Source: a candidate division WOR-3 bacterium
GTDB taxonomy: Bacteria > Hydrothermota > Tepidihabitantia > Tepidihabitantales > Tepidihabitantaceae
Direction: 5' to 3'
Length of the DNA: 41,936 nt
Assembly (NCBI GenBank): GCA_037441285.1
Contig: JBBISL010000016.1
Span: 1-41,936 of the forward strand
The notes under the pieces were generated by a model. That model saw only the letters and a list, made by a program, of their open reading frames with translations. It had not been told where the DNA came from and searched no databases. Each line of letters begins with the position of its first letter. Position 1 is the stretch's first letter. Positions 8,257 through 16,437 of the stretch are shown here, piece by piece. The translations under genes were made by a program, and so were the position numbers.

Positions 8257-10317
8257 ATGCCATTAATGCAGGACGAAGTTAAGGAGCAACGGGCGGTAAA
8301 GGCGCTACTGCCCAGAACCTATCCGGCATTTTTTGCCCGGTTTGGCCGATTGACCGAGGTTCAGATAGAGGCTATTCCCCGCATCCTTCAGGGCGAAAAT
8401 TTAGTGGTGATTTCGCCCGCAGCCTCAGGCAAAACCGAGGCGGTTGTTGCACCGGTGGTTGAGCGTCTTCTGAGTATGGGAAAGAGGGGCTTTGGGGTTT
8501 TGTATGTTTCGCCGACCCGGGCGCTGGTCAACGACCTTTATCGCCGGCTCCTGGACCCTTTGGAGTACCTGGGGCTGAAACTGGAGCGCAAAACCGGCGA
8601 CCACCCGCAGATTGATGAGCGCAAACTGCCGTTTATGCTTCTTACCACGCCGGAATCGTTTGACTCGCTTTTGTGCCGGCATCCGAGGATTTTTAAAACC
8701 CTGGGCGCGGTTATTGTTGACGAGATTCACCTCCTTGACAATACGCCCCGGGGTGACCAGTTACGGGTGCTTCTGGAACGGTTACGGTTGATTAAGCCCG
8801 ATTTTAACGGTTATGCCCTTTCGGCAACGGTTGACGATGTGTTAATGGGGGAACGGTACTTTCCTGGTGCCGGGGTGGTGCAGGTGGCAAAGCGTCGGGA
8901 GATAAACGCCGAACTTCTGCCCGGGAAAAAGGACTGGTACCGACGGGTTGTCCGGCGGCTGCAGGAGCAGGGGTGTGACAAGGCGCTGGTGTTTTTTAAC
9001 GCCCGCTCCCTGGCAGAAAGCGGGGTGAAGCTTTTTGACCTGCCGCCCTTTTCCGGTCGGGTGTGGGTTCACCATGCCAGTTTGAACCGGCAGGTACGGG
9101 AGGAGGTTGAGGCAAGGATGACCAAAGAAAGGAGCGGAATCCTGTGCTGTACTTCAACCCTGGAATTGGGAATTGATATCGGTGATGTTGATGCGGTGGT
9201 GCTGTTTAGGCCACCGTTTAATGTCTCTTCCCTTTTGCAGCGTATCGGCCGGGGCAATCGGCGCCGGGGAAACGGGCTGTATATGATTGGGGTTTATCTT
9301 GACCCCTGGGAGCGGCTTTTGTTTGAGACCTTTATCGACTGTGCCCGGGAGGGAAGACTTTTTGATAAAAGATACACACCCTGTCTTTCGGTTCTGCCCC
9401 AGCAGATTATTTCTTACTGTTTTCAGCGCCGGCGCATCGGCACAACATTAGAGGCGGTCCGGCGGATTTTTCACCCCCTGGTTGGAAACAGCCCGGTGGT
9501 GGAAAAGGTGTTTTTCCATCTGGTGCGGGAAGGGATTTTACAGGAAAAGGGCAGCGGGGTTTACTTTCTTACCCCAAGAGTTGAACATCGGGTTGAGACC
9601 GGAAAGGTTCACTCTAACATTCAGGAGAAAAGTTTTGGTCAGTATCAGGTGATTGATGTAAGCAGTGGTCAAGAGGTTGGTTCGGTGTTCTTTGTGTTTG
9701 AGCGGTTTGTCCTTGGGGGCAAGTCTTGGGAGGTTGTGGAACGGCGCGAGAAGGACAAGAAAATTTTTGTCCGACCGCACGGCGCGGTATCTCCCAGTAC
9801 CAAGGTTTTTGAAGGAACCGGAACGGGCGGATACTTTTACCGGATGGCAGAGGTGTTAAAGTCAAGGATTTTCCCGGGGTTGAAATCGGGCGAGTTCCCG
9901 TATTTTTTTGAAGGTGGTCAAGCGTATCTGGTTCACCTTCTCGGTGCGACCTATGGTGGGGTTTTAACTCTGGCGCTGCAGTCCGAAGGGGTGGCGGCGG
10001 TGGATATGGCGGGTAAGGTGATGGTATTGCCCGCGGCGCGGCTGCAACAGGGGCAATTTCCATTACCCGGACGGGATGCGGTGAAACGGGTGGTGCGGGA
10101 CCACCTTTTGGAGTTTGAGGACAGTCTCGGTTCGGGCGCGTTTTTCCGGGATTTGCCCCCGGATTTGCAGATTGAAGACCACCTGTTGACCCTGGACATT
10201 GACGGGCTTTATGAGTTTCTGGACTCAATTCAACTGGTGCGGATGGAGCCGGCGGTGGTGAAGGCGCAAATCACCGAACATCTGCCCAGTGACGCCAATA
10301 GAAGCGTAGAAGAGTAA
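8257..10317 (+). CDS. Lhr-like SF2 DEAD/DEAH helicase (BrxHI/SngC-like)
   Basis: Q motif (LTEVQ), AASGKTEA, SPTRALVND, TTPES, DEIH, SAT, HHASL, TSTLELGIDIG, QRIGRGNRR. Confidence 0.92.
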   Translation: MPLMQDEVKEQRAVKALLPRTYPAFFARFGRLTEVQIEAIPRILQGENLVVISPAASGKTEAVVAPVVERLLSMGKRGFGVLYVSPTRALVNDLYRRLLDPLEYLGLKLERKTGDHPQIDERKLPFMLLTTPESFDSLLCRHPRIFKTLGAVIVDEIHLLDNTPRGDQLRVLLERLRLIKPDFNGYALSATVDDVLMGERYFPGAGVVQVAKRREINAELLPGKKDWYRRVVRRLQEQGCDKALVFFNARSLAESGVKLFDLPPFSGRVWVHHASLNRQVREEVEARMTKERSGILCCTSTLELGIDIGDVDAVVLFRPPFNVSSLLQRIGRGNRRRGNGLYMIGVYLDPWERLLFETFIDCAREGRLFDKRYTPCLSVLPQQIISYCFQRRRIGTTLEAVRRIFHPLVGNSPVVEKVFFHLVREGILQEKGSGVYFLTPRVEHRVETGKVHSNIQEKSFGQYQVIDVSSGQEVGSVFFVFERFVLGGKSWEVVERREKDKKIFVRPHGAVSPSTKVFEGTGTGGYFYRMAEVLKSRIFPGLKSGEFPYFFEGGQAYLVHLLGATYGGVLTLALQSEGVAAVDMAGKVMVLPAARLQQGQFPLPGRDAVKRVVRDHLLEFEDSLGSGAFFRDLPPDLQIEDHLLTLDIDGLYEFLDSIQLVRMEPAVVKAQITEHLPSDANRSVEE

Positions 10318-10322
10318 AAGGG

Positions 10323-11621
10323 ATGAAGAGGGTACTGTTTGTTGCCTACTACGCACCGCCGCTTGGGCTTTCCGGTGTGATGCGGGTCACAAAACTTGCC
10401 AAGTTTCTGCCCGAGTTTGGCTGGGAGGTTCTGCTTTTAACGGTGAAGGATGTTGCCTATTATGCCTATGACCCGGCTCTGGTTGAGGATTTAAGAGAAG
10501 CGAAGGTATTTCGCACCGCAAGTCTGGACCCAAATCGGTTGTTAAGGCTTTTGGGCGTGAAGGCGATAAAAGGGGGTGGAGAAACCGGGCAAACCTTTAA
10601 GGGCGCACCGCATGTTGCCTCTACCTTTTTCCGCCAGTTTTTCTTTCCGGATAGCAAGGTTGGCTGGTTGCCGTTTGCGGTAAGGACGGGTAAGAAGGTT
10701 ATCGCCCAATTCCAGCCTAAGGTGATTTTTGCATCGGCGCCGCCCTGGACCGCACTGCTGGTCGGAGAAAAACTTTCCCGATGGAGCGGGCTCCCTTTTG
10801 TGGCAGATTTCCGCGACCCCTGGCCCGGAGGGTTTGAAGAGCCATCACCAAGGCAAAAGAGGATGCTTGTTCGGTTACGGGAGCGGATATTACAGCAGGC
10901 AAAACTGGCTCTTGCGGTAAATCAAGGTACTGCCCGTCTTGTTGGTGAAAGGGTGGAGGTTCTGGAAAACGGGTTTGACCCGGACGATTTTAAGGTTGCG
11001 CCCGAACAACTACAAGGGTTCAGCATCGTGTATGCGGGGAATCTATGGCACCAGGAACAAACATTGAGCGAAGTTGTTCAGGGCTTGGGGGAGGTGCCTG
11101 ATGCCCGGTTGTACATTGCGGGTGGAGTTTCCGCAGAGGTCAGGCACCGGTTTGAAAACAGTCCGCAGGTGCGGTTTTTAGGGGTTGTCTCCCATCAGCG
11201 GGTGATAAGTCTGATGAAGGGTGCGCAGGTGCTTTTGTATCTGGGCAAGCCGGGTCAACCGGTTGGATTGAAACTGTACGAGTATTTAGGCAGTGGCAAG
11301 CCGATTGTTGTCTGGGCGGATGAAGATTCTGAGCCGGCGCAGATGGTAAGAGAGGTGAACCAGGGCTTGGTTTGTCAGGACCGGCAGGGTTTTGTTAAGT
11401 GTCTGTGGGAAATCAGAGAGATAGTACCTTTCCCTTTGTCCCTTCCCATCAAGGGCGGGGAAGAGGTGTCGGGTGCCGGCATCAAGGAAAGGGAAGGAGT
11501 AACGAGAGAAGAAAATGGGAGCGTAAAAACGAGGAGTTCATCAGGGGTGATGGGTATTGCCCGTTACAATCGGCGGTTTCAGGCAAAGAGGCTGGCAGCC
11601 TATTTTGATCGATTATCGTAG
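10323..11621 (+). CDS. Glycosyltransferase (GT4-like) with a repeat-derived in-frame C-terminal insertion
   Basis: YYAPP..GVMR..KLAKFL, PDSKVGW, DFRDPW, ENGFD, KLYEYL motifs. Confidence 0.9.
   Translation: MKRVLFVAYYAPPLGLSGVMRVTKLAKFLPEFGWEVLLLTVKDVAYYAYDPALVEDLREAKVFRTASLDPNRLLRLLGVKAIKGGGETGQTFKGAPHVASTFFRQFFFPDSKVGWLPFAVRTGKKVIAQFQPKVIFASAPPWTALLVGEKLSRWSGLPFVADFRDPWPGGFEEPSPRQKRMLVRLRERILQQAKLALAVNQGTARLVGERVEVLENGFDPDDFKVAPEQLQGFSIVYAGNLWHQEQTLSEVVQGLGEVPDARLYIAGGVSAEVRHRFENSPQVRFLGVVSHQRVISLMKGAQVLLYLGKPGQPVGLKLYEYLGSGKPIVVWADEDSEPAQMVREVNQGLVCQDRQGFVKCLWEIREIVPFPLSLPIKGGEEVSGAGIKEREGVTREENGSVKTRSSSGVMGIARYNRRFQAKRLAAYFDRLS
11426..11512 (+). repeat. REP-like purine/pyrimidine hairpin plus two 33-nt units inside the GT4 CDS
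   Basis: ACCTTTCCCTTTGTCCCTTCC-CATCAAGGGCGGGGAAGAGG... aligns with 14457-14543. Confidence 0.75.
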
Positions 11622-11654
11622 GGGCATGTTACCACGTGCCAAACATTTATGTGG

Positions 11655-12536
11655 TTATTGTCGTTTATTTTTGGGACGTCGGGCAGTGCGGCCGCGCCGG
11701 CGCCAGTAAAGGGCACGCATCAGGGCAGAGGTTTCGAGAAGGGGCAAAAAAATTATTGCCTGAAAGAAGAAGCGGGTTTTCGGGGTGTGTTTTTTCAAGA
11801 AGCGGAAAAGGGAGCGGTGGTTTTCGTAAACCATCTTTGATTTTATTGGATTTGTGCTACCGCCAATTTTGTGAAAAACCCGCGCCGCTGGCAGGTAATA
11901 GGTCTGATAGCCTTTGTGCGCCATCCGGTACAGGAGGTCAACATCGTTGTAGTAGATTGGGAAGTTTTCGTCGAACCCGCCCAGTTCAATAAGGACCGAA
12001 CGCCGGATTAAAAGGCAGGATGCCATCGGTTGTTCGACCGGTCCGGGTTTTTCGTAGTCAAAAGAGCGCAGGCGCCAGGTGTTAAGGTGCGGGCAGCGGG
12101 GAAAAATTCGGGGAAGGCCGGTCATCTCGAGCAGGATGGAAGAGAAGGTGGGAAAGGCACGGATTGACAGTTGTTGGGAGCCGTCCGGGTTTAAAAGTCG
12201 GGGCGCAACCGCGGCGCATTCCGGGTTGCGGTCAAGGTGGTCAACAAGTAGTTGAATCGCATCGGGCTGGACTTCGGTATCCGGGTTGAGAAGCAGGATG
12301 TATTCGCCCTGCGCGAGGGCGATGCCCTGGTTGTTGGCGCGGGCATAGCCGACATTTTTGGGGTTGAGGATGGTTTTGATATTAGAAAAAGATTGTAAAA
12401 TTTCCCGGGTTTGGTCCTGAGAGGCGTTGTCGATCACGATGATTTCCGCTGCGGGCTGGGACGCAATGAGCGCGTCAAGGCAGGGCTTGATATCCGATTC
12501 GCTGTTGTAGGTGACGATGACGACCGAGAGTTTCAA
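11655..12536 (-). CDS. GT2-family glycosyltransferase (rhamnosyltransferase-like)
   Basis: SVVIVTYN, IDNAS, N.GYARANN, LLNPD, GGFDENF..Y.NDVDL. Confidence 0.92.
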   Translation of the reverse strand: MKLSVVIVTYNSESDIKPCLDALIASQPAAEIIVIDNASQDQTREILQSFSNIKTILNPKNVGYARANNQGIALAQGEYILLLNPDTEVQPDAIQLLVDHLDRNPECAAVAPRLLNPDGSQQLSIRAFPTFSSILLEMTGLPRIFPRCPHLNTWRLRSFDYEKPGPVEQPMASCLLIRRSVLIELGGFDENFPIYYNDVDLLYRMAHKGYQTYYLPAARVFHKIGGSTNPIKSKMVYENHRSLFRFLKKHTPKTRFFFQAIIFLPLLETSALMRALYWRRRGRTARRPKNKRQ

Positions 12537-13453
12537 CGGCGGCGGTAGTAATCGAGCAGGTCGGACAGGGTTTTTTCCAGCGGGGTTTGCGCGGTCCAGC
12601 CGGTTGCCCGATGGAACTTTTCGGGGTTGCCCGAGAGGAACGGGATGTCATAGGGCCTTTTCTCGATAACCCCCTGCCGGATTTCAATCTTCACGCGGGA
12701 AAGGCGCAGGAGGATTTCCACGCCGTCGTGCAGCCGTACCGGCTTGCCTGATGTAACATTGTAGGTTTCTCCGGCAGGGCAGTTTTCCAGTGCGCTAATG
12801 TAGGCACGGACGATGTCCCGAACATCGGTGTAGTCGCGGCGCACTTGGAGGTCACCCATTTCGAGAACCGGTTGGGCTTTGCCCTGCTCAACCTTGACGA
12901 TGTGGCTGGCAACCCGGGCAAACACAAATCGGTCTGCCTGACCCGGACCGGTGTGGCTGAACGGACGGAGAATGACGATGTCCATATCCCAGGTCTGGTA
13001 ATAAAGCCGGGCAATCTCTTCGGCAAGGTATTTGCTACGGGCATAGGCGGTAAGGGGCTGGAGCGGGTCGGTTTCGGAATGGGGTTTGTCGCCTCTGCCG
13101 TAAACATCAGCCGACGAGATTAAGAGAATCCGGCAGGGTAGCATCAACTGATGCACAGCGATGAGCAGTTTTAAGGTGCCAAGAGTGTTAACCTGGTAGG
13201 TGGGTATGAGGTTTTTTTCTGCTTCGGCAACCGATGAGATGCCGGCAAGATGAATGAGCCAGTCGGGACGGCTTTCTTCCAGTGCCCTTTTTATGGCGCT
13301 GAAGTCGTTGATGTCACAAGGAAACAGAGTTGCGGGTATTTCTTCTCGAACCGGTGCATAATGGGTTCCGTAAACTTCGTACCCCCGCTCTTTGAGATAA
13401 CGTGCAAGATGGGTGCCAACAAACCCTTCAATTCCGGTGACAAAAACCCTCAC
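12533..13453 (-). CDS. Extended SDR, GDP-4-keto-6-deoxymannose reductase (Rmd)-like
   Basis: TGIEGFVG, HLAG, SSADVYG, YARSK, RPFSHTGPGQ, RDYTDVRD. Confidence 0.8.
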   Translation of the reverse strand: MRVFVTGIEGFVGTHLARYLKERGYEVYGTHYAPVREEIPATLFPCDINDFSAIKRALEESRPDWLIHLAGISSVAEAEKNLIPTYQVNTLGTLKLLIAVHQLMLPCRILLISSADVYGRGDKPHSETDPLQPLTAYARSKYLAEEIARLYYQTWDMDIVILRPFSHTGPGQADRFVFARVASHIVKVEQGKAQPVLEMGDLQVRRDYTDVRDIVRAYISALENCPAGETYNVTSGKPVRLHDGVEILLRLSRVKIEIRQGVIEKRPYDIPFLSGNPEKFHRATGWTAQTPLEKTLSDLLDYYRRR

Positions 13454-14403
13454 ACCCGCTCCCGCCAGTAGTCGAGCAGGTCTTTTAAGGTCTGTTCAAA
13501 TGGGTACTGCGGCTCCCAGCCGGTTGCCTTCTTTAACTTTGTCGGGTCGCCGATTAAAAGTTCCACATCGCTGGGCCGGAGCCGGTTCGGCTCCTGTTTA
13601 ACCTGAAACTTTGCGGTGGAAAGGCTCTGCAGGATCTCAAGAACCTGGCGAATTTTGTAGCCCTTGCCAGTGGCGACATTGTAAACTTCACCCGGAACCC
13701 CTTTTTCGAGAATCAGATAGTAGGCGCGCACCGTATCCCGGACATCGGTAAAGTCCCGTACCGCTTCAAGGTTGCCCACATAGAGCACCGGTTCTCTTTT
13801 GCCCTTCTCAATTTCGGCAATCTGTCGGGCGAAGTTGGATGTGACGAACACGATACCCCGTCTTGGTCCGGTGTGGTTAAAGCCCCGGGTGCGGATGATG
13901 TGCATTTTGTAACTCTGGTGGTACTGGTAGCCCATCAAATCCTGTGCCACTTTACTCACCGCATAAGGCGAAAGGGGACGCAGGGGATTGGTCTCTTTGA
14001 TTGGTGTTTCATCGGGCAGAACCAGTCCGTACTCTTCGCTGGAGCCCGCAATGTGAATCCGGCAGGAGCAGCCGGTGGCACGAACCGCTTCAAAGATGTT
14101 TAACTGGCCAATGACATTAGTGACGAAGGTTTCCTGGGGTGCGGTCCAGGACATTGGAACATAACTCTGGGCGGCAAGGTGGTAGATGCGGTCGGGTTTC
14201 AAATCGGCGATTAAGCGGTAAACAGAACCGGAGTCGCGCAGGTCACAGTCGTGGAGGTGGATTTTCCCTTTCAGGTGTTCAATGTTTTCGGTACGCGAGC
14301 GCCAGCGGATAGTGCCGTGGACCTCGCAGGAACCTAAACTTAAAAGATATTCAGCCAGATGGCTGCCGGCAAAGCCGGTAATACCAGTAATTAAACAGTT
14401 CAA
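13450..14403 (-). CDS. GDP-mannose 4,6-dehydratase-like extended SDR
   Basis: TGITGFAG, HLAAQSYV, SSEEYG, SPYAVSK, FNHTGPRRG..FV, GNLEAVRD. TTG start with AGGAGG SD. Confidence 0.85.
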   Translation of the reverse strand: MNCLITGITGFAGSHLAEYLLSLGSCEVHGTIRWRSRTENIEHLKGKIHLHDCDLRDSGSVYRLIADLKPDRIYHLAAQSYVPMSWTAPQETFVTNVIGQLNIFEAVRATGCSCRIHIAGSSEEYGLVLPDETPIKETNPLRPLSPYAVSKVAQDLMGYQYHQSYKMHIIRTRGFNHTGPRRGIVFVTSNFARQIAEIEKGKREPVLYVGNLEAVRDFTDVRDTVRAYYLILEKGVPGEVYNVATGKGYKIRQVLEILQSLSTAKFQVKQEPNRLRPSDVELLIGDPTKLKKATGWEPQYPFEQTLKDLLDYWRERV

Positions 14404-14456
14404 TTAGCCTCCTTTTTGTTGGTACGTATCGGGGTTGCGATGAGGACGGTGAGAAC

Positions 14457-14609
14457 ACCCTCCCCTTTCTTCCCTCCCATTAAGAGAGGGGAAAGAGTAC
14501 GAGGTACCGCCTTCAAGGTATGGGAAAAAGTTTTTGATGCTGCCATTAAGGGAGGGAAAAGAGTATGAGGTAATGCCGTCAAAGGAGAAGAAAGATTGTT
14601 GGGTACTGA
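14457..14609 (+). repeat. REP-like hairpin followed by four degenerate 33-nt tandem units
   Basis: Units start at 14478, 14511, 14544 and 14577 (CATTAAGAGAGGGGAAAGAGT.. / CTTCAAGGTATGGGAAAAAGT.. / CATTAAGGGAGGGAAAAGAGT.. / CGTCAAAGGAGAAGAAAGATT..). Confidence 0.8.
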
Positions 14610-14726
14610 ATGGGTAGTGGGTAAAGGGAAAATGCGGATGGGCGCAGGTGTGGGTGGTTAGCAAGGTCTTTACCCGAACTGAATCTACCAATCGACACCC
14701 CAGACCAAGAAGTTTGTCTGACGGCA

Positions 14727-14915
14727 TCAAGCCTTTTGCACCTTACCAGAGCGCAGGCAACGGGTGCAGACCCAGATACGACGGGTTGTGGTGCCATCCT
14801 TAATGCGCACCCGCTGGAGATTGGGTTCCCAGCGTCTTTTGGTGACATTATGGGCGTGGCTGATGTTTGAGCCAACAATTGCAACTTTTCCACATATTTC
14901 ACAATGCTTTGCCAA
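14727..14915 (-). CDS. rpmB: 50S ribosomal protein L28 (zinc-binding form)
   Basis: CEICGK..GSNISHAHNVTKRRWEPNLQ..VCTRCLRSG. TTG start with AGGAGG SD. Confidence 0.97.
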   Translation of the reverse strand: MAKHCEICGKVAIVGSNISHAHNVTKRRWEPNLQRVRIKDGTTTRRIWVCTRCLRSGKVQKA

Positions 14916-14938
14916 GTGTCCTCCTATTTAAGTTTTAA

Positions 14939-14967
14939 AGAATAATAAGAGACTTCGGAGGTGTCAA
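14939..14967 (-). promoter_or_regulatory. sigma70-like promoter of rpmB
   Basis: TTGACA-N17-TATTCT on the minus strand. Confidence 0.65.
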
Positions 14968-15021
14968 GAAATAGAGAAACTGGAGAGCGCCGTGGCGTGG
15001 GGCGATGTGCTTTTACAAAAG

Positions 15022-16437
15022 TTAGCGAATTTTCACGATTTTGTGGATTGGGGCGGCGTTTTCGGAGCCGATGAAGTAAATGCCCGAAGGGAGGCGGTTG
15101 ATTTTGTTTGAGTGCACTTTTCTGCCGAGCGGGTCGTAGATTACAAGGTTGTTCGGCTTGGTTGCTGGAATGGTGGTGATTGTTGGGCGTGTAGCGTAAA
15201 AAACAGGGGGTGATGGTGGTTGATTTACGGACTGTTCGTTAAAGATGCAGGCGGGAACCCGCAGATAAACCACCGGGTTTAAGGTTAGTTCACCTTCTTC
15301 CAGTTCCGAGCAGCCGGCTATCTGGTCTTCAAAGTAGATGTTGTGCAGGGTGTCGTGAACGAGTTCGGCAAGGAAGGGGAAGCGCTTTGATGTGGAGTCG
15401 GGATATGTTAGGCGGATAGGCACGGTCCAGGTTTTCCCGTTATCGGATGAATGAGATGCCCAGATGTCGGCGCGGGCGATGCCGGTGCGCGGGTCGATGT
15501 TTTCGGGGTCAGACTGTTCCCAGACGACATAGAGTTTATTGCAACTGGAGTTATTCAAACGGTGGTCGATACCGATGCTGGGCCGGCACAGGGCAGCGGT
15601 GTAGCGTCCAAGTTTTGTCGTGTCGGGGAAGTTAAATTCGTAGATAAAGTGCCAGGGTGGTGTGTCAGAAGGGGAGTAGTGCCAGAGTTGCACCAAGCCG
15701 CGGTTTTGACCGTTGTAGAGGTCGGCAACGATGTGAATGCGAATTGAGTCGTAGGTTCCCTGGGCACCAAATAGAGCGCGGTTACAGGCAGAGGGAACGG
15801 TGTCGCTGATGAGGCGACGCGGATACCAGGTGGCGCCGTTATCCGGTGTTTCGCGCAGGTTCAGGTTGCCGTGGTCATCAGCCCAGACAAAGCCGAGTCG
15901 AGAGGAGTTTTTTGAGGCGATGATGTTGTGCCGGGGAAAGGGACCAATATGACCAACACGATAACTGGACCAGGCGCTAAGGTAGTACAGGGTGTCATTT
16001 CTAATGGCGGCAAATTTCGGATAGCCGTAGCGGCTGGCAGCAACCAGCGGAAACTCGGCATTGGTGGTAATTACCCCTTCCTGAAAGGTTGCTGCGCCCG
16101 GTGCCGAGTCAGTAAAGTTGGTGATGGTGCGTTTGCCCCGGTTCAGATAGTCGGTGGAGATGAATGTCCTGCCATTGCGGGCGTTGTATTCAAGACAGCC
16201 CAGATTGTGCGGGTATGGGTTGACAAGGACCCCGGAAGGGAAATACCAGGTGCTGCCGCGGGGTCTAAAGTTATAGCGGATTTCGCCGTAGCCCGTTTTG
16301 TAAACGGCGGATACGCCGTGCAGGGTGTCGTAAACAAGGTAGCGTAGCGCGGGAAAGAGGAACTGGCGGTCGCGGTCGGTCCAGCCAATCGTGTCAACGA
16401 AAATCTGGGCGGGTAGCAGTAGAAGGAGGATAACCAT
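15022..16437 (-). CDS. Secreted Asp-box/BNR-repeat protein with a T9SS-CTD-like tail
   Basis: Hydrophobic N-terminus; TPDNGATW and SSDNGKTW boxes; C-terminus IYDPLGRKV..LPSGIYF..KIVKIR. Confidence 0.75.
   Translation of the reverse strand: MVILLLLLPAQIFVDTIGWTDRDRQFLFPALRYLVYDTLHGVSAVYKTGYGEIRYNFRPRGSTWYFPSGVLVNPYPHNLGCLEYNARNGRTFISTDYLNRGKRTITNFTDSAPGAATFQEGVITTNAEFPLVAASRYGYPKFAAIRNDTLYYLSAWSSYRVGHIGPFPRHNIIASKNSSRLGFVWADDHGNLNLRETPDNGATWYPRRLISDTVPSACNRALFGAQGTYDSIRIHIVADLYNGQNRGLVQLWHYSPSDTPPWHFIYEFNFPDTTKLGRYTAALCRPSIGIDHRLNNSSCNKLYVVWEQSDPENIDPRTGIARADIWASHSSDNGKTWTVPIRLTYPDSTSKRFPFLAELVHDTLHNIYFEDQIAGCSELEEGELTLNPVVYLRVPACIFNEQSVNQPPSPPVFYATRPTITTIPATKPNNLVIYDPLGRKVHSNKINRLPSGIYFIGSENAAPIHKIVKIR

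Noticed and set aside
4106..11621. ATPase-helicase operon as a tRNA-integrated genomic island
   Set aside because: The operon lies on the 5' side of the tRNAs. I found no duplicated tRNA 3' end and no integrase, and base composition looks like the flanks.
14478..14609. 33-nt units as a CRISPR array
   Set aside because: Units are contiguous and degenerate with no unique ~30-nt spacers, and there are no cas genes.
14601..14628. Four GGG runs as a G-quadruplex
   Set aside because: One loop is 8 nt and the + strand is G-rich here; nothing supports function.
14400..14730. Small ORFs 14400-14582 and 14404-14730
   Set aside because: They are translations of the 33-nt repeat region and have no SD or protein-like features.
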